From positions 1 to 39,528 of the forward strand of contig CAYJPB010000005.1 in the NCBI GenBank assembly GCA_964371955.1: a stretch of DNA of 39,528 nt. The letters are read 5' to 3'. Position 1 is the first letter of the stretch, and each line of letters begins with the position of its first letter. The stretch is from an uncultured Desulfovibrionaceae bacterium. Lineage in GTDB: Bacteria > Desulfobacterota > Desulfovibrionia > Desulfovibrionales > Desulfovibrionaceae. Shown here in pieces: positions 8,825-18,018 of this stretch. The translations under genes and the position numbers were made by a program. The notes below the pieces were generated by a model that worked only from the letters and a program-made list of their open reading frames with translations, ran no database searches and was not told the origin of the DNA.

Positions 8825-9766
8825 ATGGCACAAACAAACATTCTTCTCGAATCCGGAACCAATGAGCTTGAAATTGTTGAATTTTATATCAACGAAGAGG
8901 GTTATAGGGGGCATTACGGAATAAACGTTGCAAAAGTTGTTGAAATTATCCGTATGCAAACAGTAACCGCAATGCCAAGCATGAGCCACCACTCGGTGAT
9001 GGGGGCGTTTTCTTATCGTGACGGTAAGATAGTTCCGCTTATCGATTTGGCACTATTTCTTGACAAAGAGCCGGAAAGTGTTGAAGACCCAAAAATTATT
9101 GTGACTGAATTCAACAAAACACAAACAGCATTCCTTGTATCAGGCGTAAACCGAATCTACCGATTAAGCTGGGAAGACGTTGAACCTCCGGGAAAATTCT
9201 TACAAAAAATGAGCGGACAATCTGTCACCGGTGTTGTAAAGCTTGAAGGAAGGGTTATCTTCTTGCTCGACCTTGAAGCAATTGTTGCGACTTTACAGCC
9301 GAACCTTGCGCTACGTACGTATGACACAGGCAATGAAGTCGATCCGAGCAAGAAATTCCGTATCCTTCATGCAGACGATTCTGCCTCTATCAGGAAGCTT
9401 GTATACACAATGCTTGAAAGAGACGGAAGATTTGATATCTTGCAATGCAACGACGGAAAAGAAGCGTATGATAAGATTATTGAAATCAAAAATGAAGCGA
9501 TCAAGAATAACTTACCTATTGAGCATTACTTACAAGGTGTTATCACCGATATCGAAATGCCATTTATGGACGGCTTGACGCTCTGTAAAGAAATCAAAGA
9601 CGATCAATTACTCAGACCTTTACCTGTTGCAATATTCTCTTCACTTATTACGCCTGCAACCACACACAAGGCTGAATCTGTTGGGGCAGATGCACAATTT
9701 GCCAAGCCGGATTTGAAGAGTATCGCCGATAAAATCTATGAGTTAATGCTTGATAAATTAGCCTAA
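8825..9766 (+). CDS. cheV: Chemotaxis coupling protein CheV (CheW-like domain + receiver domain)
   Basis: 313 aa. The N-terminus GTNELEIVEFYI…YGINVAKVVEI is the typical CheV/CheW signature. The C-terminal REC domain has ILHADDS and …TDIEMPFMDG. Confidence 0.85.
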   Translation: MAQTNILLESGTNELEIVEFYINEEGYRGHYGINVAKVVEIIRMQTVTAMPSMSHHSVMGAFSYRDGKIVPLIDLALFLDKEPESVEDPKIIVTEFNKTQTAFLVSGVNRIYRLSWEDVEPPGKFLQKMSGQSVTGVVKLEGRVIFLLDLEAIVATLQPNLALRTYDTGNEVDPSKKFRILHADDSASIRKLVYTMLERDGRFDILQCNDGKEAYDKIIEIKNEAIKNNLPIEHYLQGVITDIEMPFMDGLTLCKEIKDDQLLRPLPVAIFSSLITPATTHKAESVGADAQFAKPDLKSIADKIYELMLDKLA

Positions 9767-9791
9767 CCTTAAAATGTAGCTAAACTGTAAG

Positions 9792-9827
9792 CCTCCAATT
9801 AATTGAACTAATTGGAGGTTTATTTTA
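9792..9827 (+). terminator. Rho-independent terminator after cheV
   Basis: CCTCCAATTA (9792-9801) pairs with TAATTGGAGG (9809-9818), followed by TTTATTTTA. Confidence 0.6.
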
Positions 9828-9917
9828 ATGCGGACTTGTGTAAGCTCAACTCTTGATGCGATAGCTTTATATGATATTCACGGTGAAATATTTTGCTCTT
9901 AATGCACGCAGACAATT

Positions 9918-12773
9918 TTATTCTTTTACGATTTCAAACACTTTGTTTTCTTTAAAAAGCTCCATAAAATCAGTTTGCTCCAGAGGTTTTGAAAAGAAAT
10001 AGCCTTGTGCGATATCGCAATCAAGTTCTCTGAGCCATGCGGCCTGTTCATTTGTTTCCACACCTTCCGCAACCACTTTCATTGCAAGATTTTTCGCCAT
10101 ACGTATGGTATCTTCAACCACTGTTTTACCACGCTCACTATTTCTTGAAGAATCGAGAAAAGCCTTATCGAGCTTTAATATATCTGCTTCCATACTGCCT
10201 AAACGATTGAGGGAAGAGACGCCTGCGCCGAAATCGTCGATAGAAACGGCAAAGCCCATTGTCTTGAAATCCAGTATTTTCTGCATGGCAAAATCGTCAC
10301 CGATGGCACTTTCAGTGATTTCAAGTTCAATCATGCGTGTATCAACGGCGTAATTGTCGGCAATCATCTTAAGTTGTCCTACAATTGTAGGATCAAGCAT
10401 GGTTCTGCTTGAAATGTTCACGGAAAGCTTTTTACTTTCGAAGTATTGTGCATTTTCTTTAACAAAAAGACAAGCTTTTGTGAACACATAGATATCAAGT
10501 TTATTGATATAACCGTTATCTTCAAAAATCGGAATAAAGTCATTGGGGAAAATCATACTGCCGTCTTCAGGTTTCCAACGCACCAAAGCTTCGGCTCCAA
10601 TAATTTGTAAACTTTTGAAATCTACCTTTGGTTGAAAAACAAGTATAAACTCTTCTTCGGTAAGTGCTTTTTCCATTCTGTAAGTGACATTGAGTTTATT
10701 TTGATGATCGTGTTTCATGCTTTCATCAAATGTATAGATAGTTGTATTATGCAAATCTTTTCCTTTATTTCTTGCAAAGTTTGCCCAATCAACTATTTGA
10801 TGGATATCTTCATGCTTGTTCTCAATGGGATAAATACCTACTGAAAAAGTAAGGGGGTAACTTTCTTCCAAAAGTTTCAACGTGTCCGGAATAATTGTTT
10901 TGGTAAGAATATTGCGGACTATACGAATATCCACATTTTTACAAAAAACAACAAAATTATCTGCATACGCTCTTGTGATAATTGCGTGATATTCTTCAAG
11001 ATTTTGTTCTAAACTATGCGCAATAATTTGCAAAACCTCTTGTGCTGTATCATAACTATAATAATTTATTATTGTTTTGAACGCATCGATATCCATGGCT
11101 AAAATCACATATTCATGCTCTTTTACGCCGTTTTTAAGCGTTTTTTCCACCTGTTTTTCAAAAAAAGGGTAGCTCACAAGATTGGTGGTGGGGTCTTTTT
11201 GTAAGGCATTGAATACGGCAATTTTTTTCCTACTTTGCAAAAAATACACTGTGAAAAAATAAATACCCAAGAGTGCAACTGCACTGACGGCGATCTCATT
11301 TCTGTGCTGTTGAAGTGAGCTTGAAAAAGAGTATTCCGGAATAAATTCCATAGTTTGCCTTGCAACAATTTCGTCAAATTCGCCGCCTCGAATATAGTCA
11401 AAAACAAGGTTGAATACTGTAGTGTAGCGAGGATCGAGTTTTCGAGAAATCAAAAGTCTAAAAGGTAATTCCAACGAGTTGCCATAAGTAACAAGTGAAT
11501 TATCAAAAATATCATTGAGGTAAGTGAGCGCCGTATCCGTGGTAAGCATGGCATCGACTTCTCCGTTTCCGTATGCAGAGGTCAACTCACCAAGAGTTTG
11601 AAATACTGTAATTTCGGAATTTGGATACTCATCGCGCAATTCTTGCGTATCGACAGTGATATAATTGAGCATACCTATGTGTGCTTCTCTTTCTTGAAAA
11701 GCAGTATCGAGTGCATTTTCCCTTGAAGTGATGAGCATAAGCGGCAAACGAAAATATTCTTCGGTTATTCTGTAGTTTTGCCTTTCGACAGAATAGTCTC
11801 CAAGCAAAGTGATAAGAAAATCATAGCCTTGGTGTTCTTCAGTCGGTTCATCCAGCGAATAAGGGAAATATCTAACATTAAAGCCGTAACGCTCTGCCAA
11901 TATATTGAATATTTCAACAGCAACACCGTCAGGTTCGCCCTCATCATTTGTATATTCTAAAGGTGTGTGATTTCTTGTGTAGCCGACAGTGAATGTTTTT
12001 CCTGCAAGCAAGGCTCTTTCTTCTTCAGTTAAATCCCTGCGTGTTAACCTTGAATCATAATATTGCAAAAACAGCCTGTGCGCTAAACTCGCATCTGCCT
12101 CAAGCGCCTCACTTGTGGCTGAAACAATTTCATCATGTATTGCCTCATTTCCGGGCATATACGCAAAATAATAGCTATTTGGGCCAAAGTCTATTACACT
12201 GTTATGATTGTGAAATTGCGAAAGTAGAGAAGATACTAAGTAATAATCCGCTTCAAGAGTGTGAAAGTCATTCAAGTTGCTGCGCACATAATGTATTGTA
12301 TAGCCCATTGACTGACAATAGGCATCCAAAATTATTTCTATAGGGTTGTCGAAATAGGAGGCAACTGTTTTTCCGTCAATTTGTGCGGGATCTTGATAAA
12401 AGCCAAAATCTTCACCGCTTTTCACTAATATTGTGTGAGATATTCCAAAGGGGTCGTCGCTGTAAATAATATTGTAATCTTCGTTATTTCTCTTTAAAAG
12501 GGGGATAGCCACATCAACTTCATTGTTTTCCAGCGCCGCTATAAGCATCTCACCATCAGCATAGGGCACGTATTCAAAAGTGTAGGAAGAAAAAGACTCT
12601 GCTCTTTCAAGTAGTTGAAAAATATATCCTCTCGCGCTTGCCGTTTCAAGTGAATCTGCAAAGCCAAAGCCCGGAATATAGCCAATTTTTATAGTTGCTG
12701 CGAAGGCATGAGAATTCATTGCCAACTGTAGCAGTATAAACAAAAATAGTGCAGTCATAAATCTTCTAAACAT
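9918..12773 (-). CDS. Signal-transduction protein: two periplasmic solute-binding (SBP type 3-like) domains, TM helix, degenerate GGDEF domain, intact EAL phosphodiesterase domain
   Basis: The ORF track starts at GTG 12785; ATG 12773 (MFRRFMTALFLFILLQ…AFA signal) is preferred. YADNF (10953-10967) replaces GGDEF. EAL-domain motifs are present: EAL (10584-10592), ELEITES, DDFGAGVSS, KLDKAF, EGVET, QGYFFSKP. Confidence 0.8.
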   Translation of the reverse strand: MFRRFMTALFLFILLQLAMNSHAFAATIKIGYIPGFGFADSLETASARGYIFQLLERAESFSSYTFEYVPYADGEMLIAALENNEVDVAIPLLKRNNEDYNIIYSDDPFGISHTILVKSGEDFGFYQDPAQIDGKTVASYFDNPIEIILDAYCQSMGYTIHYVRSNLNDFHTLEADYYLVSSLLSQFHNHNSVIDFGPNSYYFAYMPGNEAIHDEIVSATSEALEADASLAHRLFLQYYDSRLTRRDLTEEERALLAGKTFTVGYTRNHTPLEYTNDEGEPDGVAVEIFNILAERYGFNVRYFPYSLDEPTEEHQGYDFLITLLGDYSVERQNYRITEEYFRLPLMLITSRENALDTAFQEREAHIGMLNYITVDTQELRDEYPNSEITVFQTLGELTSAYGNGEVDAMLTTDTALTYLNDIFDNSLVTYGNSLELPFRLLISRKLDPRYTTVFNLVFDYIRGGEFDEIVARQTMEFIPEYSFSSSLQQHRNEIAVSAVALLGIYFFTVYFLQSRKKIAVFNALQKDPTTNLVSYPFFEKQVEKTLKNGVKEHEYVILAMDIDAFKTIINYYSYDTAQEVLQIIAHSLEQNLEEYHAIITRAYADNFVVFCKNVDIRIVRNILTKTIIPDTLKLLEESYPLTFSVGIYPIENKHEDIHQIVDWANFARNKGKDLHNTTIYTFDESMKHDHQNKLNVTYRMEKALTEEEFILVFQPKVDFKSLQIIGAEALVRWKPEDGSMIFPNDFIPIFEDNGYINKLDIYVFTKACLFVKENAQYFESKKLSVNISSRTMLDPTIVGQLKMIADNYAVDTRMIELEITESAIGDDFAMQKILDFKTMGFAVSIDDFGAGVSSLNRLGSMEADILKLDKAFLDSSRNSERGKTVVEDTIRMAKNLAMKVVAEGVETNEQAAWLRELDCDIAQGYFFSKPLEQTDFMELFKENKVFEIVKE

Positions 12774-12946
12774 AATATCACCCACAATACAGAAGAAGCT
12801 AAGAAACTCAATAAGACAGTAACAGTAGAGTTCGTATAATTTTGTATAATGTTAATCATTTCTATGTCAAGCTTAAAAATTAGCGTAGTCAACAGATTTC
12901 ACGTAATAATTCCAGTTTACGTTCATTAAAGTTTTAGGGATTTGAC

Positions 12947-13132
12947 TTATCCTAAAAAATTTCTAGGCACTTCAGCCCATTGCTTGATACTGCTTACGGT
13001 TGTTAAGCCGCATAATAGACCGCATATCATAATCGTAAGAATGTCTTTTACACTATACAAATAGCCATTTTGATTAGACGCCTCAGACAATTCTGCCAAT
13101 AAATCTTCCATTTCATGAATCATGTTACACAA
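12947..13132 (-). pseudogene. Truncated N-terminal remnant of an ISAs1-family (H-repeat/DDE_Tnp_1-associated) transposase
   Basis: The 61-aa ORF …NQNGYLYSVKDILTIMICGLLCGLTTVSSIKQWAE… matches the conserved N-terminal pattern of ISAs1 transposases (Y-x-L-x-DIL-x-I-x-I-x-A-x-LCG…I…FA). No DDE catalytic part follows. Confidence 0.45.
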
Positions 13133-13335
13133 CCTTTAAATAGATGATGACTATAACATCTTGCAATATAAATTAAAAGAATTATTTTGCTTAATAACTT
13201 AAGGTGTTTATTGGATTGTCAAGCCCTGTATGAAATTAGAATGGCGTGCATTAATAGAGCATACCCTAAAAAAAGACTTGAAAATTTCTAGAAAATGCAA
13301 TAGGCTATCTTTATCGTCATATTTTGGAGATCAAT

Positions 13336-13914
13336 ATGTTAAAATCACTGCGTATACTATGTTTACTTGCGTTTTCAATGTTTTTTTTACAGGCGTGCTC
13401 TGCGCCAAGTAATGTAAATTTACAATACAACAAAGTACAGTCAAGCTTTTTGCCTGCACCGAATGCGCCAACTGTATCAGTGGTGCTATTTAATGACAAT
13501 AGGCAAACACCTGAAGTATTGGGGCTTCGCAACGACGGAACACCCTATATTGCCGAAACATCTGTAAATGAGTGGATTTCTCGCGCTGTTGCAGACGAAT
13601 TGTCTATTATGGGGCCGCAGGTTTCATTTTCTCCTACAATGCAACAAGCAATGTCGGCAAACCCCGACTATATTGTTGTCGGCGATGTGCTTAGTGTAGA
13701 GGTGAAAGATACCAATATTGCGACCCACAGTGCGACTATCCGTTTTCAGTTTAGGGTAATGCAAGGGCAAAATGTCATTTATTCAGAAAGCCTCAGCTCA
13801 ACACAAGAAAGCACAGCCTTGCCTACATCAAACAGTGTGCAAACTTTGCTCAATGATACCCTCAAGGATATTGCTACAATTGCCGCATCAAAAATAAATG
13901 AGAAAACAAAGTAA
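13336..13914 (+). CDS. YajG-like lipoprotein
   Basis: GGAG RBS 6 nt before ATG 13336; the track start 13324 is a TTG. Lipobox FFLQAC. Length (~190 aa) and layout (…VSVVLFNDNR…, …VADELSIMG…, …VLSVEVKD…ATIRFQFRV…) resemble E. coli YajG. Confidence 0.5.
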   Translation: MLKSLRILCLLAFSMFFLQACSAPSNVNLQYNKVQSSFLPAPNAPTVSVVLFNDNRQTPEVLGLRNDGTPYIAETSVNEWISRAVADELSIMGPQVSFSPTMQQAMSANPDYIVVGDVLSVEVKDTNIATHSATIRFQFRVMQGQNVIYSESLSSTQESTALPTSNSVQTLLNDTLKDIATIAASKINEKTK

Positions 13915-13934
13915 GTTTTTGTAATATTTTATTT

Positions 13935-14633
13935 TTATATTGCTGTTTTTCTCATTTTGCGTGCCAAATAAGCAATGGGTGTGTCGCACACGCTTGTCAC
14001 AACAAAGATAAGGTATGATGAAAGAATAATGCTTATAATGGTTTGCGTGTCATAAGTGCCATAAAATGCCAAAAGGGTGAAACAAACGGTATTGATGATT
14101 TGTGAAATAAGAGTGGAGATATTATTTCGTATCCACAAAGCTTTTTGTCTGCTGTGGAAATAGTTTTCTGATTTCTTCCAGAGAAAGTGGTAGAGCTGAA
14201 CATCAAGCCATTGTGAAAAGGCGTATACCACTAATCCTGCCAGCATTACGCGTGGAGTGCCGGAAAAAATTTGTTCAAATGCGGGGCGTGCCCAATCGTT
14301 AGCGCTTGGGATGTATAAAAGCCAGAGCTGTGAAAGAAGAATGAAAGAAATATTTGAGGCTATTCCAATTTTCACGGCTAAGGTCGCATCTTCTTTGCTT
14401 TCATTTTCAGAAAGAATGTCAGAAACCAAAAAGCATGAAGCAAAAAGCACGTTGCCGAGTGTTTGTTCTATACCGAACGCATCAACCAGCAATAATACTT
14501 CGATATTTGCAGAGATTGTTATAATTGCAGTCCAAGCAAAAAGTCCAATTTTTCCAAAAAGTTTATAAAAAAGCAAAACCATGCCATACATAAGAAACAT
14601 GGACAATATTAAAAGGATTTCATTAGATAACAT
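13935..14633 (-). CDS. yhhQ: Queuosine-precursor transporter (YhhQ / VUT, DUF165 family)
   Basis: 232-aa, 6-TM ORF of typical family size and architecture, with the C-terminal …DTPIAYLARK ending. Confidence 0.7.
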   Translation of the reverse strand: MLSNEILLILSMFLMYGMVLLFYKLFGKIGLFAWTAIITISANIEVLLLVDAFGIEQTLGNVLFASCFLVSDILSENESKEDATLAVKIGIASNISFILLSQLWLLYIPSANDWARPAFEQIFSGTPRVMLAGLVVYAFSQWLDVQLYHFLWKKSENYFHSRQKALWIRNNISTLISQIINTVCFTLLAFYGTYDTQTIISIILSSYLIFVVTSVCDTPIAYLARKMRKTAI

Positions 14634-14811
14634 TCATTATTCTCATTTTTTGTGAATTTAACCATAAAACAGTTTTAAAGTCAGTTCGGGATTAGAATAT
14701 AATTTCCTATAATTTGCAAGCTTTTTATACTTCAAAAAAATTCTTATCTCTATGAAGCATCAAAACAAACACATGTGCCGAAAGGTTCAAATTTTTAAAA
14801 AATTATTCGAC

Positions 14812-14840
14812 TTGACCTAAAAAAAAATTCAATGTATTGT
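14812..14840 (+). promoter_or_regulatory. Candidate sigma-70 promoter for the AIM24-family gene
   Basis: TTGACC (14812-14817), 17-nt spacer, TATTGT (14835-14840). It lies ~48 nt upstream of ATG 14888. Confidence 0.35.
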
Positions 14841-14887
14841 ATTATTAGTTTTATTTTACATTAAAATTATTAATAAGTGAGGTCTTT

Positions 14888-15595
14888 ATGAGTATTTTTA
14901 AAGTCTGTGGCGATATGGATCCCATGCTTGAAGTAAGCCTCGAACGTGGCGAAGATATTATTGCCGAGTCCGGTGCAATGGTTACGATGGACGCGTGCCT
15001 TGAATTGAAAGGTAAGGGAACAGGTGGCGCATTGCAATCACTCAAGCGTGCTGTTTTTCAGGGCGAAAGTTTGTTTCAACAACATATTTCTGCCGCTAAC
15101 GGTGCGGGAAAGGTTCTTCTTTCTCCCATGATGCCGGGCTTCATTCAATTGCTTGATGTAGGCGCTAAACAATACAGAATTTCCGACGGTAGCTTCTTGG
15201 CTTCAAATTCCACTGTAAATCTCGAAACGAAAACACAAAATGTTGGTAAGGCTCTTTTCAGTGGCACAGGTGGATTCTTCATTATTGAAACCTCAGGCTC
15301 AGGAAAAGTTGCCGTTTCAGGATTTGGCTCTTTGTATGAAATGGAAGTTGCCCCCGGACAAGATATTGTTGTGGATAATGGGCATGTTGTCGCTTGGGAT
15401 GCCTCTTTGGAGTATGAACTTAGCATGACAACAGCGCAATCAAGCGGATTATTTGGCAAATTGGTGAATTCAGCAGTCTCAGGTGAGGGTATTGTACTTC
15501 GCTTTAAAGGCTCGGGCAAAGTGTATCTTTGCTCAAGAAATAAGAGTTCATTCCTTGGTTGGATTATTTCAAAAATTCCTGTTCAAACAAGCTAG
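14888..15595 (+). CDS. AIM24 family protein (DUF124 / TIGR00266)
   Basis: 235 aa. Family-typical strings: …GEDIIAESGAMVTMD…, …FSGTGGFFIIETSGSGKVAVSGFGSLYEMEV…, …DNGHVVAWD…, …GEGIVLRFKGSGKVYLCSRN. Confidence 0.75.
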   Translation: MSIFKVCGDMDPMLEVSLERGEDIIAESGAMVTMDACLELKGKGTGGALQSLKRAVFQGESLFQQHISAANGAGKVLLSPMMPGFIQLLDVGAKQYRISDGSFLASNSTVNLETKTQNVGKALFSGTGGFFIIETSGSGKVAVSGFGSLYEMEVAPGQDIVVDNGHVVAWDASLEYELSMTTAQSSGLFGKLVNSAVSGEGIVLRFKGSGKVYLCSRNKSSFLGWIISKIPVQTS

Positions 15596-15604
15596 TTAAT
15601 AAAA

Positions 15605-15645
15605 TATTATGGCAAGAATCTGGTTTTTCGATACTTGCCATAATA
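15605..15645. terminator. Hairpin between convergent AIM24-family gene and def
   Basis: TATTATGGCAAG (15605-15616) pairs with CTTGCCATAATA (15634-15645). On the minus strand it is followed by TTTTATTAA. No strong U-tract on the plus strand. Confidence 0.45.
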
Positions 15646-15654
15646 TAAACAGTT

Positions 15655-16155
15655 TTACCCTCTAAGCTTTTTTAGATACATTGAACGCTTCAAGTGTGAA
15701 AGATGCGTTATAAATGTTTTTCCGTCGAGGTGATCGCATTCGTGCTGAATACATGCGGAAAGATATTCTTTCCCCTCGATTTCTATAGGATTATTTTCTA
15801 AATCAACGCCTTCAACTTTCACATGGCACGGGCGGGCAACCTCACTGCGTAATCCGAGAACGGAAAGACAACCTTCGTTTTCTTTGTGCTTTTTTGGGTC
15901 GAGTATAGTGAGTTTGGGGTTGATGACAAGAGTAAACTCTTGCTCTTCTGCATCAGGATTTGCAAGGCTTTTGTCAATAATAACCATGCGATAAGGTTCG
16001 CCTATTTGCGTTGCAGCAAGTCCGACTCCGCCTACGTGGTTGAGAGTATCGAACATATCTGTGGCGACTCTTCTAATTTCGTCATTAATTTCTAAAACCG
16101 GTTCAGCTACCTTTGAAAGATAGGGGTCGGGGTAGGTGAGTATTTTTCTAAGCAT
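15655..16155 (-). CDS. def: Peptide deformylase
   Basis: 166 aa with GVGLAATQIG, EGCLS and HECDHLDG metal/active-site motifs. Confidence 0.92.
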   Translation of the reverse strand: MLRKILTYPDPYLSKVAEPVLEINDEIRRVATDMFDTLNHVGGVGLAATQIGEPYRMVIIDKSLANPDAEEQEFTLVINPKLTILDPKKHKENEGCLSVLGLRSEVARPCHVKVEGVDLENNPIEIEGKEYLSACIQHECDHLDGKTFITHLSHLKRSMYLKKLRG

Positions 16156-16164
16156 ATAAAATCT

Positions 16165-17988
16165 CTAATCTTGTTTTTTCTCTATAAGGCGTATTCCAAG
16201 CTCGCGTAATTGTTTACTGTCAACAACTGAGGGAGCTTCGGAAAGAAGACATGTGCCACGCTGTGTTTTAGGAAATGCTATAACATCGCGGATTGATGGG
16301 GAATTGGTGAGAAGCATAACTATGCGGTCAAGTCCGAAAGCTATTCCGGCATGTGGCGGCGCACCAAATTCTAAAGAATTAATGAAGAAGCCAAATTGTT
16401 CTTGTGCACTTTCTTCTGTAAATCCAAGCGCTTTAAACATCAGTGATTGCGCGTGCATTGTGTGGTTACGCACAGAGCCGCCCCCAATTTCGTAGCCGTT
16501 CATCACTAAATCATACGCACGGGAAAGGCATTTTGAGGGGTCGCTTTCAAGATATTGTGCATGTTCTTCATTCACAGCTGTGAATGGGTGATGGCAAGCA
16601 ACATAACGCTTTTCTTCTTCGTCGTATTCAAAAAGTGGGAAGTCGGTAACCCAGAGAAGGTTATGGGTGTTTTCGTCAATAAGCTCAAATTGTTGTGCAA
16701 GTTTTACACGTAAATTTCCAAGAGCGGCGTTAACCATGGAGGCATCACCTGCTTGAAAAAAGACAATATCACCGATTTTCAAATCAAGACGTTCTTGAAG
16801 CGCTTGTTTTTCTTCTTCTGAGAAGAATTTAACAATGGGTGATTGCCATTCGTTTTCTTTTATTTTTATCCACGCCAAGCCTGTTGCGCCATAAATTTTC
16901 ACGAATTCAGTCAAATCATCAATATGCTTTCTGGAAAGTTCTTCGGCTTTATCAATTTTCAAAGCTTTCACCAATTGTGCGGAAGCAAAAACTTTGAAGC
17001 CTGAATTTGCAAATATATCAGTGAGTTCTGTCAATTTCAAATCAAAGCGAGTATCGGGTTTATCTACGCCGTAATCTCTCATGGCATCGTGCCACGTAAT
17101 GCGAGCAAAAGGCGCTTCGACCTCTTTATTCAATGTTTCTTTAAATATTGATTTCATCAGGCCTTCAGCCATATCCATGACAGTATCTTCATCTGCGAAA
17201 GACATTTCTATATCAATCTGCGTGAATTCGGGCTGACGATCGGCACGCAAATCTTCATCACGGAAGCAGCGAACTATTTGGTAATAGCGATCAATACCCG
17301 CTACCATGCTCATTTGCTTGAACATTTGCGGAGATTGCGGAAGCGCAAAGAATGAACCGGGATTTAAGCGGCTGGGCACTAAAAAGTCACGCGCGCCTTC
17401 AGGAGTGGATTTTGTAAGAATTGGTGTTTCCAATTCAATGAAGTTCAATGTGTCAAGGTAGTTACGAGTTGCTTGAGATGTTTTATGCCTGATAAGGAAG
17501 TTATTTGCCATTTTCGGGCGACGCATATCGAGGTAACGCCATTGCAGACGCAAGTTTTCAGAAGCTTCGGTTCTGTCTTCAATAGGGAAAGGAGGGGTTT
17601 TTGAGGTATTTAAGAGCTTCCATTCATGCACAACCACTTCCACTTCGCCGGTAGTGAGGTTTGGGTTCACCATTCCGTCTGGGCGAGGGCGCTCAAAACC
17701 TTTGATGGCAAGAACATATTCAGAGCGTATAATATGCGCATTTTCGTGTGCTTTTGGGGCGATTTCAGGGCTGAAAACAAGTTGTGTAAGCCCATTTCTG
17801 TCTCGTAAATCCACAAATATAAGTCCGCCATGATCACGGCGGTATTGTGTCCAGCCCATAAGGCATACTTCTTCGGTATCATTGGAAATATTGAGCGTTG
17901 CGCAATCGTGGCTGCGTTGCCAATCTTCCAATGGCGCTATAAATTTAGCGTGATCTGCTTGAACATCTTGGTTTTGTGTCTGACTCAT
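16165..17988 (-). CDS. aspS: Aspartyl-tRNA synthetase (bacterial type)
   Basis: 607 aa. Class II motifs are present (…[23 protein letters not shown]…, …GGGSVRNH…, …[12 protein letters not shown]…), along with the N-terminal OB-fold region. Confidence 0.93.
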   Translation of the reverse strand: MSQTQNQDVQADHAKFIAPLEDWQRSHDCATLNISNDTEEVCLMGWTQYRRDHGGLIFVDLRDRNGLTQLVFSPEIAPKAHENAHIIRSEYVLAIKGFERPRPDGMVNPNLTTGEVEVVVHEWKLLNTSKTPPFPIEDRTEASENLRLQWRYLDMRRPKMANNFLIRHKTSQATRNYLDTLNFIELETPILTKSTPEGARDFLVPSRLNPGSFFALPQSPQMFKQMSMVAGIDRYYQIVRCFRDEDLRADRQPEFTQIDIEMSFADEDTVMDMAEGLMKSIFKETLNKEVEAPFARITWHDAMRDYGVDKPDTRFDLKLTELTDIFANSGFKVFASAQLVKALKIDKAEELSRKHIDDLTEFVKIYGATGLAWIKIKENEWQSPIVKFFSEEEKQALQERLDLKIGDIVFFQAGDASMVNAALGNLRVKLAQQFELIDENTHNLLWVTDFPLFEYDEEEKRYVACHHPFTAVNEEHAQYLESDPSKCLSRAYDLVMNGYEIGGGSVRNHTMHAQSLMFKALGFTEESAQEQFGFFINSLEFGAPPHAGIAFGLDRIVMLLTNSPSIRDVIAFPKTQRGTCLLSEAPSVVDSKQLRELGIRLIEKKQD

Positions 17989-18018
17989 AAAATACCCTTA
18001 ATCCTTGAATTTATAATA

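Noticed and set aside
12785-13323. Possible small ncRNA, retron or toxin-antitoxin in the two intergenic stretches around the IS relic (including track ORF 13230..13412)
   Set aside because: I found only short 6-bp inverted repeats (ACGTAA/TTACGT) and no convincing structured element or paired small ORFs. ORF 13230..13412 overlaps the better-supported lipoprotein gene out of frame.
14634-14720. Possible preQ1 riboswitch in the yhhQ leader, since queuosine-precursor transporters are often preQ1-regulated
   Set aside because: I read the minus-strand leader (…CCCGAACTGACTTTAAAACTGTTTTATGGTTAAATTCACAAAAAATGAGAATAATGAATG). I could not find the short P1 hairpin plus the conserved C-containing loop and A-rich tail/pseudoknot arrangement. 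An A-run is present, but there is no supporting stem. A covariance-model scan (Rfam RF00522, RF01054, RF02680) would settle it.
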